Assembly: GCA_965237675.1 (NCBI GenBank)
Contig: OZ250150.1
Coordinates: 3,200,001 to 3,264,000, forward strand
DNA length: 64,000 nt
From: Candidatus Latescibacterota bacterium
GTDB taxonomy: Bacteria > Latescibacterota > UBA2968 > GCA-2709665
Reading direction: 5' to 3'
In this document: piece by piece, positions 60,145 to 64,000 of the stretch
Layout: each line of letters opens with the position of its first letter
Numbering within the stretch: position 1 is the stretch's first letter
Notes under the pieces: generated by a model
The model's database searches: none
What the model was told of the DNA's origin: nothing
What the model saw: only the letters and a program-made list of their open reading frames with translations
Program-made: the position numbers and the translations under genes

Positions 60145-61827
60145 ATAATTCACAAAAAAGGTAGTTTCCATACCCAAGTCATTGTATTATATTATGGTTA
60201 CGCAAATAACCTAATAACAATGAAACAGGAGGAAACTACCGTGGGAGTTCAAGATAAACATCACAGGTTGTCTTTCGCAAGTCTTTCTGGTAGGCAGGTA
60301 GAAGCCACGTTCGACGGGGGCGTGCTGACGACCGACGTCGGGGTGATGCTGCTTCGTGAGGTCGAGGCCAATGTCGGCATTTTGCATCGGATGGTTGCGG
60401 CGCTCACCGATCATCGACATCAAAGTTACGTACATCATTCGATGATGGACCTGATCAAACAACGTGTCTTTCAGATGGCCTGTGGGTATGAGGATGCGAA
60501 TGATTGCAAGACGTTACGCGAGGACCCCGGCTTCAAGGCGGCCTGTGATCGGTTGCCGTTGTCTGGCGCGGACCTGGCCAGTCAGCCCACGATGAGTCGG
60601 TTCGAGAACCGCATCAGCAGAACCGATTTGTATCGGATCGCCAAGGCCTTTGCGGATGTGTTTGTCGCCTCGTATGAGGAACCGCCGGAAGCCATTCTGT
60701 TGGACATCGATGACACCGAAGACAAGGTGCATGGGTCTCAACAGTTGTCGTTGTTCAATGCGTATTTCAATGGCTATTGCTACCAGCCCCTGCATATCTA
60801 TGAAGGCCAAACCGGCAAGTTGATCACGACGGTCTTGCGTCCTGGCAGGCGGCCTGCGGGTAAAGAGATCGTCACCATCCTCAAACGGGTGATCGCCTAC
60901 CTGCGTAAAGCCTGGCCCGACGTGGAGATCCTGTTACGTGGCGATGCGCATTTTTCGTGTCCGGAAGTGCACGTGTTGTGTGAGGAAGAAGATGTGTATT
61001 TTGTCCTCGGACAGAACGGCAACGCCAAACTCCTGCGGAAGGCACAGTCCTTGATAGACCAGGCCAAAACGCGGTATGCCGATTCCGGAGAAACCGTGCG
61101 CCTTTATCGCTGTTGGGCCTATCAGGCCGGCACCTGGGCGTGTCCACAACGCATCGTCTGCAAGGCGGAAGTGACACCGCAAGGTGTCAATATCCGATTC
61201 GTGGTCACCAACCTGAAGCGCGCCCAACCGTCATTCATCTACAAAACCGCCTATTGCACACGCGGCAGGATGGAAAACTTCATCAAAAATCACAAGACCT
61301 TTCTCCATTCCGATCGCACCTCTTGTCACACCTTCCAGGCCAATCACTTCCGTCTCTTTCTCCACAGCGCCGCCTATGTCCTGATGCACAGCCTGGCTGC
61401 AATCGGATTGCGCGGCACGAAGTGGACCAACGCACAGTTCAATACCCTGCAAAATCGTCTCTTGAAAGTCGCCGGGCGCGTTTGTGAGTTGAAAACTAAA
61501 ATCAAGTTCCATCTGCCAACGGCGTTTCCACTCAAACACCTTTATGGCAAGATCCTCTATAATCTGGCAACGGGTGTTCCATAACCCATCGACGTGCTGA
61601 CCCCGCCTTCACATTTGCATCGACCACCACCAAAGGTCATGGAGAAGTCTGTGCGCTTGACACGGGCATCGAGGTCAACCTGACGTCACGAGGCAAAGCA
61701 GGCGCCGCCCAAACGGCTTGAACACGCCAAATCCGTCACAGCCCATGCGCTTTCGTTTCTTGTCTCACTCGGAAGCTCTTTCTGCTTCCTTAAAATGCTC
61801 TATCTGACGATTCATGAATTAATCGGG
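60140..61827 (+). mobile_element. IS1380-family insertion sequence (1688 bp)
   Basis: IRL CCTGAATAATTCA and IRR TGAATTAATCGGG (11/13 match). TTAG duplicated at 60136-60139 and 61828-61831. Confidence 0.92.
60220..61584 (+). CDS. IS1380-family DDE transposase
   Basis: FDGGVLTTDVG, GYEDANDC..LREDP, LASQPTMSRFEN, LDIDDT, LRGDAHF, RGRMENFIK. Alternative GTG start at 60241 after AGGAGG. Confidence 0.93.
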   Translation: MKQEETTVGVQDKHHRLSFASLSGRQVEATFDGGVLTTDVGVMLLREVEANVGILHRMVAALTDHRHQSYVHHSMMDLIKQRVFQMACGYEDANDCKTLREDPGFKAACDRLPLSGADLASQPTMSRFENRISRTDLYRIAKAFADVFVASYEEPPEAILLDIDDTEDKVHGSQQLSLFNAYFNGYCYQPLHIYEGQTGKLITTVLRPGRRPAGKEIVTILKRVIAYLRKAWPDVEILLRGDAHFSCPEVHVLCEEEDVYFVLGQNGNAKLLRKAQSLIDQAKTRYADSGETVRLYRCWAYQAGTWACPQRIVCKAEVTPQGVNIRFVVTNLKRAQPSFIYKTAYCTRGRMENFIKNHKTFLHSDRTSCHTFQANHFRLFLHSAAYVLMHSLAAIGLRGTKWTNAQFNTLQNRLLKVAGRVCELKTKIKFHLPTAFPLKHLYGKILYNLATGVP

Positions 61828-63714
61828 TTAGAGATATCCTATGAAGAGAACTGGGATCCAATTCAGCGGATATCACACCAATCACCAAAGCGTGTTCCAT
61901 ACCTTATTGTTTATAGAAAGGACAAAGCTAAGCTATCAAAAAAGCCAGATGACCATGATTTGGAAGTGATTCGAAAGATTAGTGCTCTCCCGTACCCTGA
62001 GTTCCCGGTAGTAGAAATTCCCGATATGCAGATGATGCGAGTTGGACGAATGAAGCCGTCCAAAATTACCCATTTGCATCACTTTTTTTTAAAGCGCCCC
62101 TTGTTCACTCTCGCATCCTTTTGGAAGAAGGCTTCACAAATCCCCGATCCAGATCTTAGGGCAAAAGCCCTATTTTTTGTTGAGCAATCCGTTTGGGGGT
62201 TATCTGTGTTGGCAAGATATGCGCCAACCCATTTTTCACAAGTTAACCAGTATCTCTCAGGCGTTTTCTATATGGCCTCCCATATTGTCGACGTTTCTCC
62301 AAGGTACATTCTTGGGGGTAAGGCCAAAAGACTGGCTACCGTCTTTGGCAACCTCAGAGCCAAAAGACAGCATGTCGTAACAGCGACCCAGGATACGTCG
62401 AATCTAGGCGTGCCTGCAAACTCTCTGGATTACGCATTCATTGATCCCCCATTCGGGGAAAATATCTATTACTCAGATCTGAATATGTTAGTCGAATCCT
62501 TACATGGGGTGGTTACAGATCCCAAATCGGAGGCGATTATAGACCGGGTCAGGGGGAAGGAATTTGCTCACTACCAGCTGTTGATGACTGACTGTTTCCG
62601 AATGGTGTACGACTCATTGAAGCCGGGAAGATGGCTTACGGTTGAGTTTTCAAACTCCAATGCAAAAATTTGGAATTTGATCCAGACTAGTCTGGGTTCA
62701 GCAGGATTTGTAGTTTCGAACGTTTCTGCTCTGGACAAAAAGCAGAGGAGCTTTCAATCTATCGTTTCCCCGACGGCCGTAAAACAAGATTTGGTGATAT
62801 CTTCCTATAAGCCAAACGGCGGTTTCGAAGAGAGATTTAGAAACGAAGCAAAAACTGAAGAAGGCGTTTGGGATTTTGTCCGCAACCACTTGAGATATCT
62901 TCCTATCACGAAGCAACAGGGGGCCTCGCTGCAGTTTGTCCCGGAGCGTGATCCACGCATTCTATTCGACCAGATGGTGGCCTATTACGTCCACAAGGGT
63001 TACCTCGTGCCGATCTCCAGCCAGGAGTTCCAGATGGGGCTGGGGCAGCGCTTTATTGAGCGTGATGGCATGTATTTCTTGCCAGAACAATCGGCAGAAT
63101 ACGACAAGAAAAGGATGTCGTTTGGACAGTTTGTTCAAGCCACGCTCTTTGTTTCAGATGAAGAATCTTCTATTCAGTGGCTAAGCCAGTTGTTGGGACC
63201 AAAGCCACAGAGCTATCAAGATCTTTACCCGCAATTCATTCAAGAAACCCAACGTGCTTGGAACAAGAACGAATCTTCGCTAGAACTTTCGACTTTGCTC
63301 GAGCAAAACTTCCTTCGGTACGACGGCAAGGGCCCGGTGCCTGAGCAGATCCACGCCTACCTCTCCACGAACTGGAGGGAGCTGCGCCGGCTGCCGAAGG
63401 ATGATCCAACTCTGGTCGCCAAGGCCCGCGACCGCTGGTACGTGCCGGATCCCAACAAGGCGGGTGACCTGGAGAAGCTGCGTGAGAAGGCATTGCTCAA
63501 AGAGTTCGAGGAATACAAAGAAACAAAAAAGAGGCTGAAAGTCTTTCGTCTTGAGGCGGTCCGGGCCGGATTCAAGAAAGCCTGGCAGGAGCACGATTAT
63601 ACGGTCATCGTGGCAGTCGCGGACAAGATTCCCAACAACGTTCTGGAGGAAGATCCGAAGCTGCTCATGTGGTACGATCAGGCAGTAACAAGAACGGTTA
63701 GGGAAAGCCCATGA
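61795..63714 (+). pseudogene. BREX-3 DNA methyltransferase, C-terminal part (native sequence resumes at 61832)
   Basis: Motif IV LDYAFIDPPFGENIYY, LKPGRWLTVEFSNS, WYVPDPNKAGDLEK, FRLEAVRAGFK. Confidence 0.85.
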
Positions 63715-64000
63715 TTACCAAATGGAAAGTCTTTAACTTTAAGTCAATTCGGGAGGAAACCGAGCTTGATCTCGGGCCGCTTACGATTTTCGCTGGTGCG
63801 AACAGCAGCGGCAAGAGCACGTTTATTCAATCCGTCCTACTTGTTGCGCAAACATTGGCACATAAAGTCGGATCACGCTCTGTCGTATTGAATGGTGCTC
63901 TCACCAGTTTGGGCCAGTTTGATGACCTGAAATCCAACGGTGGCGAGTCAGACCAAATCACCATCAAATGCACATGTCGGCCGCTGACGGATCAGGAGGC
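63711..64000 (+). CDS. AAA/ABC-type ATPase (DUF3696/AAA_21-like), 3' truncated by window edge
   Basis: MITKWKVFNFKSI...LGPLTIFAGANSSGKSTFIQSVLL. ATG overlaps the methyltransferase stop. Confidence 0.8.
   Translation, partial: MITKWKVFNFKSIREETELDLGPLTIFAGANSSGKSTFIQSVLLVAQTLAHKVGSRSVVLNGALTSLGQFDDLKSNGGESDQITIKCTCRPLTDQE

Overview
Bacterial, GC-rich and gene-dense window, mostly on the + strand. A diderm lineage such as Latescibacterota or a related FCB group is plausible from the GWxTD protein and the catabolic repertoire, but this is an inference. Contents in order: (1) housekeeping and Fe-S client genes (rny 3' end, orphan nuoI, a Cys-depleted IscU-like protein, queG, miaB, lipA, Rieske ferredoxin), a GWxTD protein, a fused indolepyruvate ferredoxin oxidoreductase, a plant-HPR1-like glycerate dehydrogenase and dusA; (2) amide/lactam hydrolase genes (DMFase-like, CocE/NonD, hydantoinase A/B, D-aminoacylase) and two ankyrin lipoproteins; (3) an NHL-TlpA-outer-membrane beta-barrel module whose barrel gene has an in-frame UGA followed by a SECIS-like hairpin (candidate new selenoprotein); (4) a methylated-amine catabolic cluster (mgsC, tdm, amt, fhs, gmaS) with no tmm or dmm in the window, but with an acyl-CoA-dehydrogenase-fold protein and a flavin reductase flanking tdm (candidate new two-component amine N-oxygenase); (5) an island starting with an IS1182/hydantoinase chimera and decayed genes, then a type 3 BREX-like locus whose methyltransferase is split by an intact IS1380 with a TTAG target duplication. 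No rRNA, tRNA or CRISPR array was seen. All family assignments come from motif recognition, not database searches.
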